From an uncultured Deferribacterales bacterium (GTDB lineage: Bacteria > Chrysiogenota > Deferribacteres > Deferribacterales > Calditerrivibrionaceae): a stretch of DNA of 64,000 nt. Location of the stretch: NCBI GenBank assembly GCA_964519265.1, contig CAZFHX010000009.1, positions 11,450 to 75,449 on the forward strand, written 5' to 3'. The notes below the pieces were generated by a model. It made no database searches and had not been told where the DNA came from. It saw nothing but the letters and a program-made list of their open reading frames with translations. Every line of letters begins with the position of its first letter. Position 1 is the stretch's first letter. Positions 16,193 through 26,291 of this stretch are shown here, in pieces. A program made the translations under genes and the position numbers.

Positions 16193-17251
16193 CTATTTGC
16201 AGTACTTCATAATGTAAGAAGCTATATCATCAAGAGGCACAACCTCATCGGCTATACCAGCTTCCACCACTGCACGGGGCATACCATAAACCACACAGGA
16301 GTCTTTATCCTGTGCTATTACAGCACCACCTTTTTCCTTTAACTTTCTAAGGCCAACAAGTCCGTCGCTACCCATACCCGTCATAATGACACCCAAGGCA
16401 TCGCTACCGAAATTCTCAGCTACAGATGCAGTCATCACATCCACGCTGGGTATGTGCAAAACATTTGATGGCTCCGTAGTAGTCTCTATATAGTAATTCG
16501 TCCCAACTTTCTTAATCTTTAGATGAAATCCACCTTTTGCAATATAAACTATATTTGGTTCCACCTTCTCCTTACCTTCAACCTCTATCACCTCCAACTG
16601 ACTCATCGTGTTTAATCGTGTTGCCAGGGATTTGGTAAAGTTGGGCGGCATGTGCTGAACTATAAAAACAGGTCTGTTTAACTCTTTTGTAAGTTTTGGT
16701 ATAACTCTTTGTAGAGATTGTGGGCCACCGGTGGATGTCCCGATAGCAACAACTTTTTTATTGCCATTGAATGCTCCGGTTCTCTTGGGTGCAGTAGGTG
16801 CCACAGGTGTAGGAGCAGCAGGAGGTCTTGAAACTGGAGCCTTTGCTATAATCCTTCTACCTGCAAAGGTTTTTATCTTCTCTATCAACTGATCCTCGAT
16901 CTTCATGATACCCAAACTTGCAAAAGACTTATCTTTTGGGATGAAATCAACAGCACCTATCTCCAATGCCCTAAGAGTAGCCTCTGCACCTTCAGTGGTG
17001 AGGGAACTCACCATGATTACTGGAATTGGAGCGATCTCCAATATTTTCCTCAAAGCAGTCAAACCATCCATTTGAGGCATCTCTATATCAAGGGTAACGA
17101 TATCGGGCTTCAATTTTTGAACCATATCTATAGCTTCCACGCCATTTCTGGCGAAACCGACAACTTCGATATTTGGTTCCTTCTTCAACATATTTTCAAT
17201 GGCTTTCCTCATGAAAGCAGAATCATCCACTACCAAAACCTTTATGCTCAT
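16193..17251 (-). CDS. cheB: chemotaxis methylesterase/deamidase CheB (REC plus methylesterase)
   Basis: 352 aa. REC (VLVVDDS, VTLDIEMPQMDG) and a catalytic domain with GTSTGGPQ, VQHMPP.FT and GMGSDG. Confidence 0.92.
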   Translation of the reverse strand: MSIKVLVVDDSAFMRKAIENMLKKEPNIEVVGFARNGVEAIDMVQKLKPDIVTLDIEMPQMDGLTALRKILEIAPIPVIMVSSLTTEGAEATLRALEIGAVDFIPKDKSFASLGIMKIEDQLIEKIKTFAGRRIIAKAPVSRPPAAPTPVAPTAPKRTGAFNGNKKVVAIGTSTGGPQSLQRVIPKLTKELNRPVFIVQHMPPNFTKSLATRLNTMSQLEVIEVEGKEKVEPNIVYIAKGGFHLKIKKVGTNYYIETTTEPSNVLHIPSVDVMTASVAENFGSDALGVIMTGMGSDGLVGLRKLKEKGGAVIAQDKDSCVVYGMPRAVVEAGIADEVVPLDDIASYIMKYCK

Positions 17252-17976
17252 ACTACCCCCTTTAATTTTTTCCTCAATTTTTTAACAGCTTCAGAGTGAA
17301 TTTGAGATACCCTCGACTCAGATATCTTCAAAACCTCACCTATCTCCTTCATTGTAAGCTCTTCGTAATAGTATAATGTAATGACAAGTCTTTCCTTTTC
17401 GGGAAGGGACTCGATGATTTCACCCAACTTTTCCACCAACTGTTCTTTACTTACCGTATCCTCAGGTCCTTCAACAAAAGATTTTATAGTATCTATAAGG
17501 GAGATGTCCCCATCCTCATCCAAGGCAGAATCTAAGCTTGTAACCTGACCTGTTTCTATTAGATTGAGAAAATTAAACACCTCATCCAAGGTAAGGTTAG
17601 TGTATTCCACAAGCTCATCGGAATTCGGTTTTCTCCCCAACTTTGTGGTTAATTCTTGCAGTTTCTCTTCAAAATTCTTCAGTTTTGTTCTAACATTTCG
17701 CGGTAGAAAATCCATCTGCCTTAACGCATCAAGAATGGCACCCTTTATCCTGCGCTCAGCATAAGTGTGAAAGTCCACACTTCTACCTTTATCAAATTTC
17801 TGCAAGGATTCCACCAAGCCCATACAAGCTGCGGAATAGAGATCATCATTATCCACATTTGCAGGTAGCCTATGACTCACCCTCAAAACCCAAGCTTTGA
17901 TCTTAGGAAGAAATGCCTTTATAATCTCTTCCTGCTCTACCCTGTCTAAGCTACCCTGATACATAGTAATACTCAT
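17248..17976 (-). CDS. fliA: flagellar sigma factor sigma-28 (FliA/WhiG)
   Basis: 242 aa. Region 2 (DDLYSAACMGLVESLQKFD...F.TYAERRIKGAILD) and region 4 HTH (LTMKEIGEVLKISESRVSQIHSEAVKKLR). Confidence 0.9.
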   Translation of the reverse strand: MSITMYQGSLDRVEQEEIIKAFLPKIKAWVLRVSHRLPANVDNDDLYSAACMGLVESLQKFDKGRSVDFHTYAERRIKGAILDALRQMDFLPRNVRTKLKNFEEKLQELTTKLGRKPNSDELVEYTNLTLDEVFNFLNLIETGQVTSLDSALDEDGDISLIDTIKSFVEGPEDTVSKEQLVEKLGEIIESLPEKERLVITLYYYEELTMKEIGEVLKISESRVSQIHSEAVKKLRKKLKGVV

Positions 17977-18182
17977 TCACTACTCACCTTCTTACTTAAA
18001 ACAAAGATAGTCTCCACTTTTGATAATATCATCTTACTTATCCAATATATACCCAAAAACATAACACAGTCTCTTAAGAATAGACTTACTGAAATAATAT
18101 CGAAAATGAATTTAATTGTAAAGGAAATTAGAAAAATTATAGAAGCCAAGAGGATTGCCAAATACTGGTGTATACTTCTCAT
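17973..18182 (-). CDS. small two-TM membrane protein between flhG and fliA
   Basis: 69 aa, hydrophobic, with 4-nt overlaps on both sides. A small ORF sits at the same position in Campylobacterota flhF-flhG-x-fliA loci. Confidence 0.5.
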   Translation of the reverse strand: MRSIHQYLAILLASIIFLISFTIKFIFDIISVSLFLRDCVMFLGIYWISKMILSKVETIFVLSKKVSSE

Positions 18183-19018
18183 AAGCTCCTCCTGAATATA
18201 TTAAATATATCGCTGTTGTGATTCTTCTCAATATGCATATTAACTATTTTTTTACTGATAAGAATGAGATCCTTCATATAAACAGATTCTGAGTTTATCT
18301 CAGCAATCGGTTTCTGCTCCCTTACCGAAGAAACAACCTCTCTACAATCCCTTATCACACCGAGTAGTTCTAAATCTATACTTAAAAATCGTTTGAGAAC
18401 ATTTTTAAGATTCTCATATATCCCTAAACCATCCTCTTTGGTTCGGGCTTTGTTTACCACCAAATATGGTCTTGATATATTAAACTCTTTATTTACCACC
18501 TTCATAAATGCATAGGCATCTGTGACCGCCGTCGGTTCTGGCTGGGTAATCACGATCAACATATCCGATACAGATGAAAACTTTATCACATTTTCACCGA
18601 TACCTGCACCTGTATCAAAGATGATATAATCGTATTTAGAATCATACTTTACAAATAGATCGATCAACTTGTCGTATTGAGACTCTTCCAATTTAGTAAG
18701 ATTGACAAAGCCACTCGATGCTGGAATTACATCAAAACCGTAGCCTGAATCCACCACGAGGTTCTCTGCAGATATAACACCATCCAGATAGTCTTTTATA
18801 TTCGTTTTATTGTTGAGATTTAGGATGATATCCACATTCGCCAACCCCAAATCTGCATCGAATAGTAGAACTTTTTTCCCCATCTTTGCCAATGTGTAGG
18901 AAAGATTTACTGCAAAATTGGTCTTCCCCACTCCACCCTTACCGCTGGAGATCGATATGTAGTTCGATTTCCTTTTTACACCCCATGCTATCTTTCTTAG
19001 ATTTTGAGCCTGATCCAT
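18179..19018 (-). CDS. flhG: MinD/ParA-type ATPase FlhG (FleN/YlxH)
   Basis: 279 aa. Deviant Walker A SGKGGVGKT and the N-terminal FlhF-activating motif DQAxxLR (MDQAQNLRK). Confidence 0.9.
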   Translation of the reverse strand: MDQAQNLRKIAWGVKRKSNYISISSGKGGVGKTNFAVNLSYTLAKMGKKVLLFDADLGLANVDIILNLNNKTNIKDYLDGVISAENLVVDSGYGFDVIPASSGFVNLTKLEESQYDKLIDLFVKYDSKYDYIIFDTGAGIGENVIKFSSVSDMLIVITQPEPTAVTDAYAFMKVVNKEFNISRPYLVVNKARTKEDGLGIYENLKNVLKRFLSIDLELLGVIRDCREVVSSVREQKPIAEINSESVYMKDLILISKKIVNMHIEKNHNSDIFNIFRRSL

Positions 19019-19021
19019 ACG

Positions 19022-20188
19022 CTATTCTCTCCACTGTACCGGAATTTCGTTTAAAACCATTTTAGCAATCTTTTTGCCATCAGGGATCTCCATATCATCG
19101 GGAACATTTTGCCCCGTGGAAAGAAGCATGATTGGGATCTTTTTTATAAGAGGTATGTTTACAAGGGGGCCAAAATACCTTGTTTCATCCAATTTGGTAA
19201 ATATCACAAAATTGGGCATCAGTTTTGCGTATCTATCGTATATATCGTACAACTCGATATGATTACTGCTCATAGACATGACAAGTGCAACCGATACAAG
19301 GGGGCTAACCTCCAAAAACTTTTTCAACTCCATAATCTGCTCACTGTCAAATTGGCTTCTCCCCATTGAGTCGAGTAAGATGTAATCGTAGTGTCTTACC
19401 TCATTTATTATCTCATCCAGATCTGCAGGATTCGAAGCCACATACAGAGGCACATCTATGATCTCAGAATAGGTTTTTAACTGCTCAACGGCACCAATGC
19501 GAAAAGTATCAACAGATATAAGGCAGACCTTTTTCTGCAGTTTGAGTGCCAAATTGGCAGCTATCTTAGCGATGGTTGTCGTTTTCCCCACCCCTGTGGG
19601 ACCTACGAGGGCTAATACCTTCTGTTTTATGCTGGAAAAATAGTCCTTCTCAACAGGGATAAGTTCGGATAAAAGCTGCATAATGATGTTTTTTATCTGC
19701 ATCTTTCCAGCATTGGCTGGAACTCTATTTTCAACCTTTTTGAGAAACTTATAGACGATCATATCATCAACACCATTTTTGGTGAGCAATTGATAGATTT
19801 CTTTTAGATGCGGCTCCACATCCGCCATCACATTTTCAGAGATGACAGATTTCATCTCCATAATCTGCTTTTTTATATCTAAAACATCGTTAACAAGGGA
19901 TTCAAATTTATTAAGACCCAAGCTATTTATGATCTCTGCAATCTTATCGGTGTTGTCTATCGGTTTTTCTCTCTCCACCTCTGTGAACTTGTTGGGCAGT
20001 TTATACTCCTTTTTGGCATCGTAATCTATAGCCGCAGTCACCTCGATCATAGGTTTGGAAAATATTCCATAACCACTGGATTTATTTATCTTTCTTGTGG
20101 AAAGTATTACAGCATCGGGCCCAAGCTCCTTTTTTATAAGTGCCAAAGCCTCTTTCATATCGTAAACTTCATACTTTTTTATCTTCAT
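19022..20188 (-). CDS. flhF: SRP-type GTPase FlhF
   Basis: 388 aa. G1 GPTGVGKTTT, DTFRIGA and DSMGR motifs of the SRP-GTPase family. Confidence 0.9.
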   Translation of the reverse strand: MKIKKYEVYDMKEALALIKKELGPDAVILSTRKINKSSGYGIFSKPMIEVTAAIDYDAKKEYKLPNKFTEVEREKPIDNTDKIAEIINSLGLNKFESLVNDVLDIKKQIMEMKSVISENVMADVEPHLKEIYQLLTKNGVDDMIVYKFLKKVENRVPANAGKMQIKNIIMQLLSELIPVEKDYFSSIKQKVLALVGPTGVGKTTTIAKIAANLALKLQKKVCLISVDTFRIGAVEQLKTYSEIIDVPLYVASNPADLDEIINEVRHYDYILLDSMGRSQFDSEQIMELKKFLEVSPLVSVALVMSMSSNHIELYDIYDRYAKLMPNFVIFTKLDETRYFGPLVNIPLIKKIPIMLLSTGQNVPDDMEIPDGKKIAKMVLNEIPVQWRE

Positions 20189-22260
20189 AACTCAATCTCC
20201 AATGACCCCAATGATTCAATCCTGACATTATCTGCAATCTCGTTGTGAGATATAATATTCACATTCTTGACAAACTTTTCTACAAACCTTCTAAAAGGTA
20301 GTCTGATAGGTGGTGAAATCACTAAATTGGCAGGGATCCCTTTTGCTACTATCTCGTCCACTTTGTTTATAATTGCACTCAGAATCTTCTGGGCAATGGA
20401 CGGATCCATAACTATTTCCCTACCATCCTCGGTCATCTGTACATTTTTGGCCAAAAACTGCTCAATTGCAGAATTGAGGGTAAAAAGATACAATGTACCA
20501 TCCGGTGCAAGTAATGACTCTGTGATCTGTCTTCTAAGTACATACCTCACCCTTTCTGTCAGTAAATCCACATCTTTATTTTGCACACCATAGGTAGCCA
20601 GGGTTTCAAGAATAGTGGGCAGATTTCTAATCGAAACCCTCTCTTTCAACAGATTTAAAATAACCCTATGTACAGAACCCAAATCTAAAATGTTTGGAAT
20701 AAGATCATCCACAAGTTTTGGAGATTTCTCTTTCACCTTGTCAAGAAGCTCCTGAACCTCCTGTCTGCCGACAATCTCGTGGGCATTGGATTTTATCACC
20801 TCGGTTAGATGGGTAACTATGACAGTAGTAGGATCCACCACAGTAAACCCTTCCAGCACTGCCCTCTCCTTTTCATCCTCATCCACCCATTTTGCATCTA
20901 TGCCAAAGGCTGGCTCTTTAGTGGGGATACCATTTATTTGATCCAGACTTCCTCCACTTGCCATTGCTAAATACTTACCCACCATGACACTTCCACTGAC
21001 GACCTTAACCCCTTTTATAAGTATAATGTAGCTATTGGAATCGAGTTGGAGGTTATCTCTGATTCTTATCGGAGGCACTATAAACCCCATCTCAAGGGCT
21101 ATCTGCCTACGAACAGATTTTATCCTATTTAAAAGTGTCCCACCCTGAGCTGGATCCACAAGGGCAATGAGATTAAATCCTATTTCAAGCTCCATCACAT
21201 CCATCTCTAAAAGACCCTTCACATCATCCTCATCGGTTGTAGGAGTAGATGGCTGTTCTGCCTTCTCCTCCTCTTTTTCAATAGCCTTACCCTTTGCAAC
21301 TGAGTAGCTCAGAGCGATTAACAATCCACCAATGAGAAAAAAAGATATCTTGGGTAAACCTGGAATAAGTCCTAAAAAGATAAGGATATAACCAGAAAGT
21401 CTGAGAACCTTATAGCTTTTAAACATCTGCTCCATCAGATTGAGGTTGAGCTCTTTGTCCTCACCAGATCGGGTCACTATAATACCAGCAGCAGTGGATA
21501 CAATGAGAGCAGGTATCTGACTCACAAGGCCATCACCAACAGTGAGGATTGTAAACCTTTTTGCAGCCTCGGATACAGGCATACCAAACTTGACAACACC
21601 TATGATAAGACCACCTAATATATTGATAAAGGTGATCAAAAGTCCTGCAACGGCATCACCCCTCACAAACTTGCTGGCACCATCCATAGCTCCATAAAAA
21701 TCGGCTTTTTTCTGCAGATCCGCCCTCAATTTCCTTGCCGTTTTGTCATCTATGATACCTGCATTCAGATCCGCATCGATACTCATCTGCTTTCCAGGCA
21801 TAGCATCAAGGGTGAATCTTGCTGCAACCTCAGCCACTCTACCTGAACCCTTTGTAATAACTACAAAGTTTATAATAACAAGTATGATGAATATTATAAG
21901 ACCTACGACAAAATCACCACCCACCACAAACTGCCCAAATGCCATAATAACAGAACCCGCCGCATCCTCCCCTTCGGCACCATAAAGCAAAATTCTTCTC
22001 GTGGTAGCGATATTTAGAGCCAACCTAAAGAGTGTCACTATTAAAAGTACTGATGGAAATGTAGAAAAATCGAGGGTATCCTCAACATATATGGATACAA
22101 AAAGGATCATTACAGATACGCTGATACTCAATGTCAAAAGTATGTCTAAAATAAAAGGGTGTACCGGTAATATCATAACGACAATAATACCGATAACCGC
22201 CACGGGAACAAAAAGATCCAATCTTTTGCTTATCTGTGCAAGAATCCCTTCAGTTGCCAT
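20185..22260 (-). CDS. flhA: flagellar type III export gate protein FlhA
   Basis: 691 aa. N-terminal polytopic FHIPEP domain (GAEGEDAAGSVIMAFGQFVVGG, MPGKQMSIDADL), a linker and the cytoplasmic FlhA-C domain. Confidence 0.95.
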   Translation of the reverse strand: MATEGILAQISKRLDLFVPVAVIGIIVVMILPVHPFILDILLTLSISVSVMILFVSIYVEDTLDFSTFPSVLLIVTLFRLALNIATTRRILLYGAEGEDAAGSVIMAFGQFVVGGDFVVGLIIFIILVIINFVVITKGSGRVAEVAARFTLDAMPGKQMSIDADLNAGIIDDKTARKLRADLQKKADFYGAMDGASKFVRGDAVAGLLITFINILGGLIIGVVKFGMPVSEAAKRFTILTVGDGLVSQIPALIVSTAAGIIVTRSGEDKELNLNLMEQMFKSYKVLRLSGYILIFLGLIPGLPKISFFLIGGLLIALSYSVAKGKAIEKEEEKAEQPSTPTTDEDDVKGLLEMDVMELEIGFNLIALVDPAQGGTLLNRIKSVRRQIALEMGFIVPPIRIRDNLQLDSNSYIILIKGVKVVSGSVMVGKYLAMASGGSLDQINGIPTKEPAFGIDAKWVDEDEKERAVLEGFTVVDPTTVIVTHLTEVIKSNAHEIVGRQEVQELLDKVKEKSPKLVDDLIPNILDLGSVHRVILNLLKERVSIRNLPTILETLATYGVQNKDVDLLTERVRYVLRRQITESLLAPDGTLYLFTLNSAIEQFLAKNVQMTEDGREIVMDPSIAQKILSAIINKVDEIVAKGIPANLVISPPIRLPFRRFVEKFVKNVNIISHNEIADNVRIESLGSLEIEL

Positions 22261-22371
22261 CTACCCCTAAACTTTAACTTATTTTTCTTGCAATATTACA
22301 CTTATATTGTTGTATATATTATAATTTTTAAAAATTATCCATAAGAATTTAAACAAAATCTCTTACGATAC

Positions 22372-22393
22372 AAAAAAAAGGGGGAACACCCCC
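22372..22393 (-). terminator. rho-independent terminator downstream of the tautomerase gene
   Basis: Minus strand: GGGGG-TGTT-CCCCC followed by T8, 4 nt after the stop. Confidence 0.8.
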
Positions 22394-22397
22394 TTCG

Positions 22398-22598
22398 TTA
22401 TCTCTTATCAGGGTAAAGCTCGAGATGTGATCTTCCAGCAGTATACCAATCCCCCTTTGGTCTTTCATCATATACGATCGTCACACCCTCTGCTGGACAT
22501 CCAACATGCCTAACCACAACATCGGTAATATCCTTTGCCAAAGCATCTTTCAATTCTTTACTCTTACCTGCCCATAATTCTATTCTTACTGTAGGCAT
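22398..22598 (-). CDS. 4-oxalocrotonate tautomerase family enzyme
   Basis: 66 aa. It starts MPTVRIEL (catalytic Pro1) and has the typical beta-alpha-beta length. Confidence 0.85.
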   Translation of the reverse strand: MPTVRIELWAGKSKELKDALAKDITDVVVRHVGCPAEGVTIVYDERPKGDWYTAGRSHLELYPDKR

Positions 22599-22607
22599 TC
22601 TTCACTC

Positions 22608-23075
22608 CTATGGCATCACAAACTTGAAATTTTTGGGTTTGACTGTAAACACGGGGCAAGGAGCCTTTCTAACAACCTTTTCAGCCGTACTACCAAACAG
22701 TACATGCTCGAGACCGCTTCTGCCGTGAGTACCTATGATAATTAAATCCACATTCGATTCCTTTGCCTCATTGATAATCTCCAAGAATGCAGTTCCTTTG
22801 AGCATCTTTACAGAATATGAAATATCTTTCAACTCTGGGAATGATGCCAAAAATTGCTCCATCTGTTTTTTTGCAGACTCTTCCAACTCCTGATCTAAAT
22901 TTTGAAAAGTAACCTGAGGTAGATAAAAGGCAACGATCTGACTCTCATCGAAAATTACATGAACTATCTCCAACTCAGCATTAAAACTTTTTGCAAATTC
23001 GATGGCATATTGCATAGCATACCTTGAAGTCTCCGAAAAATCTGTGGGAACGAGGATCTTTTTGATACTGATCAT
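22608..23075 (-). CDS. universal stress protein (UspA family)
   Basis: KKILVPTDFSETS...IIIGTHGRSGLEHVLFGSTAEKVVRKAPCPVFTV. I prefer the ATG 23075 start (GGAGGT SD 5 nt upstream). The track start at 23126 adds a non-homologous 17 aa. Confidence 0.85.
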   Translation of the reverse strand: MISIKKILVPTDFSETSRYAMQYAIEFAKSFNAELEIVHVIFDESQIVAFYLPQVTFQNLDQELEESAKKQMEQFLASFPELKDISYSVKMLKGTAFLEIINEAKESNVDLIIIGTHGRSGLEHVLFGSTAEKVVRKAPCPVFTVKPKNFKFVMP

Positions 23076-23173
23076 AATCAACCTCCATTTTTTTCTTATT
23101 ATAATAAATCTTACGAAAGAATACAACCAAATCTGTTATAAACAATACTTCAGAAATATAAAAATATACAGTC

Positions 23174-23539
23174 TCAATACTGGGATTCCAACACCCCTTT
23201 TACAATCTCCAAAAAGTTGTCTATATCAAAAGGCTTTTCCAATATCTCCACGGCACCTAAATCGTAGGCAGCCATGACATTTTCCGTTGTATCGTATGCA
23301 GTCACAACAATTACTGGGGTATCTATCCCAATTGCCCTAATCCTGTGGAGAAAATTCAACCCATCAAGCTCCGGCATCATGATATCTGTGATTATAAGGT
23401 TATACTGGTTCTCCTTCAAAAGTTCGAAAGCAGTTTTACCATTCATCACATGATCCACAAGATACCCTTCGGAATTAAACAACTCAATAAGCCCACCAGC
23501 GCTAAACTTGTCATCCTCAACGAGCAATATCTTTACCAT
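23174..23539 (-). CDS. single-domain response regulator (REC only)
   Basis: 121 aa: ILLVEDD, LIITDIMMPELDG, VVTAYD, EKPF. Confidence 0.85.
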   Translation of the reverse strand: MVKILLVEDDKFSAGGLIELFNSEGYLVDHVMNGKTAFELLKENQYNLIITDIMMPELDGLNFLHRIRAIGIDTPVIVVTAYDTTENVMAAYDLGAVEILEKPFDIDNFLEIVKGVLESQY

Positions 23540-24384
23540 TTCAACTCACCAAAGAGATTTTTTATATTCCTTTCTAAAATTTCAGCCACATTAAACAGAG
23601 GTAAAGATTTAACACGAGAAACCGTATAAGCGTTAAATACAACATAGGCCGGTTCATTCATCTTCCCTCTCATGGGGGATGGTGTAAGATATGGGCAATC
23701 TGTTTCTATAAAAAGTCTATCGATGGGGACATATTTTAGGGTATCCCTTAAATCATCCTCTTTTTTAAAAGTTACAGGACCTGCATAGGATATGTAAAAC
23801 CCCTTATCCAGAGCCCATTTCAAAAATTTTCTATCCCCATTAAAACAGTGAATGATCCCTATCTTTTCACTTGGAGACATATAGAAGTCGATAATTTCTG
23901 AAACCTTATCAGAAGCATCTCTGTTGTGGATTACTACAGGCTTACTATTTATCCTTGCAAACTCCAGCATCTGTTCTAAAACCTTTATCTGTATCGATGG
24001 ATCAGAAATATTTCTGTAAAAATCGAGACCTATCTCCCCTATGGCAATCATCTTCGCATCATTGACATAATTTTGAAACTCTACCAACACATCAGTAGAA
24101 AATTTCTTGCTATCATGGGGATGAAACCCCAAAGTATAATAAACATTATCATACTTTTCAGCCAAGTTCTTAGCCTTTAAAGAATCCTCCAAATCTATCC
24201 CTATTGTAATTACTCTTCTCACACCATAAGAAAACGCATTATTTATAAATTGATCTATATCGTTATACTCATCAAAGTGTAGATGAGCATGGGTATCTGT
24301 AAAAAAAAGACCGCTTTGTTTTAAAAACTCTAATTCTCCCAAAAAGTGTTTGTATTGTTCAGAGTCGATCTTTTCAATGATCAC
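23533..24384 (-). CDS. TatD-family metal-dependent hydrolase/DNase
   Basis: 283 aa. It has DTHAHL, GEIGLDF, HNRDA, HCFNG and ETDCPYL motifs. Confidence 0.88.
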   Translation of the reverse strand: MIIEKIDSEQYKHFLGELEFLKQSGLFFTDTHAHLHFDEYNDIDQFINNAFSYGVRRVITIGIDLEDSLKAKNLAEKYDNVYYTLGFHPHDSKKFSTDVLVEFQNYVNDAKMIAIGEIGLDFYRNISDPSIQIKVLEQMLEFARINSKPVVIHNRDASDKVSEIIDFYMSPSEKIGIIHCFNGDRKFLKWALDKGFYISYAGPVTFKKEDDLRDTLKYVPIDRLFIETDCPYLTPSPMRGKMNEPAYVVFNAYTVSRVKSLPLFNVAEILERNIKNLFGELKW

Positions 24385-26291
24385 TTAATGATACTCCCAG
24401 CTTCTACATTGTCGGGTAATTCTAAAATAAAGTGCCTATCTCCACTCGTCGCCGCAAGGACCATCCCTTCAGAAACAAGCCCCATTAACTTTGCAGGCTT
24501 GAGATTTGCAACGATAGCTACCGTTTTACCAACAAGTTCTTCAGGTTTGTAGCTTTTTGCAATTCCAGCTATGATCTGACGCTGTTCGGTACCGAGATCC
24601 ACCTTCAATTTTAGAAGTTTTTCAGACTTTTCCACCTTTTCGGCAGATAAGATCTTACCAGCCCTCAACTGCATCTTCGAAAAGTACTCATACTCGATTA
24701 GCTCCTCAAGCTTCGACTCTTCATTCTCCTTTTTTACTTCCAACTGGACAGAATCCTCATCCACCCTTGGGAAAAGCTGTTTTACTTCACCAATCTTCTG
24801 ACCCGATTCAAGCACCCTCACTTTGCATAAATCTTCAAATGTAGATTTATAGATCTCTCTCTTAGTATTGATCTGTCTTCTCATCTCAAGGGCAGTTTCA
24901 GGCATAAAGGGATATATCATGAGGGATAGCGCCCTTATACCATCGAGAACCACATAGAGAACAGAACCCAACCTATCCTTCTTGGATGGGTCTTTGGCCA
25001 AATTCCAAGGTGCCATCGTATCTATATACTTATTCAAAGCACCCACCAGATCCCAGATGACGCTAAGAGCCTTATTGAAGGCTAAATCAGAAATATTTTT
25101 ATCAAGCTCTTTAAATGTACTTACGATCTGCTCGGCGATTTTATCATCGGCCTCATCTGAAACAGTATAAGGTTGAACTATGCCATCGAAATATCTATTC
25201 ATCATCCCCAGTGTTCTATTCAGTAAATTACCTAAGTCGTTGGATAGATCGCCATTTATTCTATGGATCAACGCCTTGAAGGAGAAATCACCATCAAGTC
25301 CAAAAGGAACCTCACGCATCAAGAAATACCTGATCTGATCCACTCCAAATTTATCCACAAGCCAGTTTGGATCAATGGCATTGCCAAGAGATTTCGACAT
25401 CTTCTGCCCTTCCACAGTCCACCATCCATGAGCAAATACCGATTTTGGAAGGGGCACACCAATACTCATCAACATAGTAGGCCAATAAACTGTGTGAAAT
25501 CTCAATATATCCTTACCAACGATATGATAATCCGCTGGCCAATATTTTCCGTAGAGATCCTCCTCATTTGGATAACCGAGGGCTGAGATATAGTTTGTGA
25601 GAGCATCTATCCATACATATATCACATGCTTAGGATCATTTGGCACAGGGATACCCCATTTGAAAGATGCACGACTCACCGATAGATCCCTCAACCCCTC
25701 TTTGATAAACGACACGATTTCATTTTTCCTCGAAGAAGGTCTTATAAAATCGGGATTCTCTTCGATATGCTTTAAAAGAGCATCCTGATACTTGGACATT
25801 CTAAAAAAATAGCTTGGCTCTTTGAGTCTCGTGGTTTCTCTGCGGCATGAAGGGCAACAGTTCCCATCCAACAGTTGAGTTTCTGTCCAATAGGTTTCAC
25901 AAGGGGTACAGTACCAACCCTCATACTCCCCTCTGTATATATCACCATTTTCCATCATCTTTTTAAATATATATTGAACCGACTTTTTATGATATTCATC
26001 CGTAGTTCTTATAAATTTATCGTAAGAAATATTTAGTTTTATCCAGAGGCTCTTAAACCTTTCTACCACCCTGTCAGCCAACTGCTTAGGAGTGACCCCC
26101 TGCTTTTCGGCAGCCATCTCGATCTTTTGCCCATGTTCATCGGTACCTGTCAAGAAGAAAACATCGTATCCCGATAATCTTTTGTATCTGCTGATCACAT
26201 CGGCGGCAACCGTTGTATAGGCATGTCCTATATGAGGCACATCGTTTACATAGTAAATAGGGGTGGTAACATAAAATGTCGGTTTATTCAT
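24381..26291 (-). CDS. metG: methionine--tRNA ligase with C-terminal tRNA-binding (EMAP-like) domain
   Basis: 636 aa. HIGH motif (PHIGHAYT), zinc knuckle CTPC...CPSC, KMSKS (QKMSKSLGN) and a C-terminal OB fold. Confidence 0.95.
   Translation of the reverse strand: MNKPTFYVTTPIYYVNDVPHIGHAYTTVAADVISRYKRLSGYDVFFLTGTDEHGQKIEMAAEKQGVTPKQLADRVVERFKSLWIKLNISYDKFIRTTDEYHKKSVQYIFKKMMENGDIYRGEYEGWYCTPCETYWTETQLLDGNCCPSCRRETTRLKEPSYFFRMSKYQDALLKHIEENPDFIRPSSRKNEIVSFIKEGLRDLSVSRASFKWGIPVPNDPKHVIYVWIDALTNYISALGYPNEEDLYGKYWPADYHIVGKDILRFHTVYWPTMLMSIGVPLPKSVFAHGWWTVEGQKMSKSLGNAIDPNWLVDKFGVDQIRYFLMREVPFGLDGDFSFKALIHRINGDLSNDLGNLLNRTLGMMNRYFDGIVQPYTVSDEADDKIAEQIVSTFKELDKNISDLAFNKALSVIWDLVGALNKYIDTMAPWNLAKDPSKKDRLGSVLYVVLDGIRALSLMIYPFMPETALEMRRQINTKREIYKSTFEDLCKVRVLESGQKIGEVKQLFPRVDEDSVQLEVKKENEESKLEELIEYEYFSKMQLRAGKILSAEKVEKSEKLLKLKVDLGTEQRQIIAGIAKSYKPEELVGKTVAIVANLKPAKLMGLVSEGMVLAATSGDRHFILELPDNVEAGSIIK

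Noticed and set aside
22261-22397. Sigma-54 (TGGCAC-N5-TTGC) or sigma-28 promoter upstream of flhA
   Set aside because: TAAAGTTT occurs right at the start codon but has no -10 partner. TGTAATATTGCA lacks the GG of a -24 box. I could not support any promoter call.
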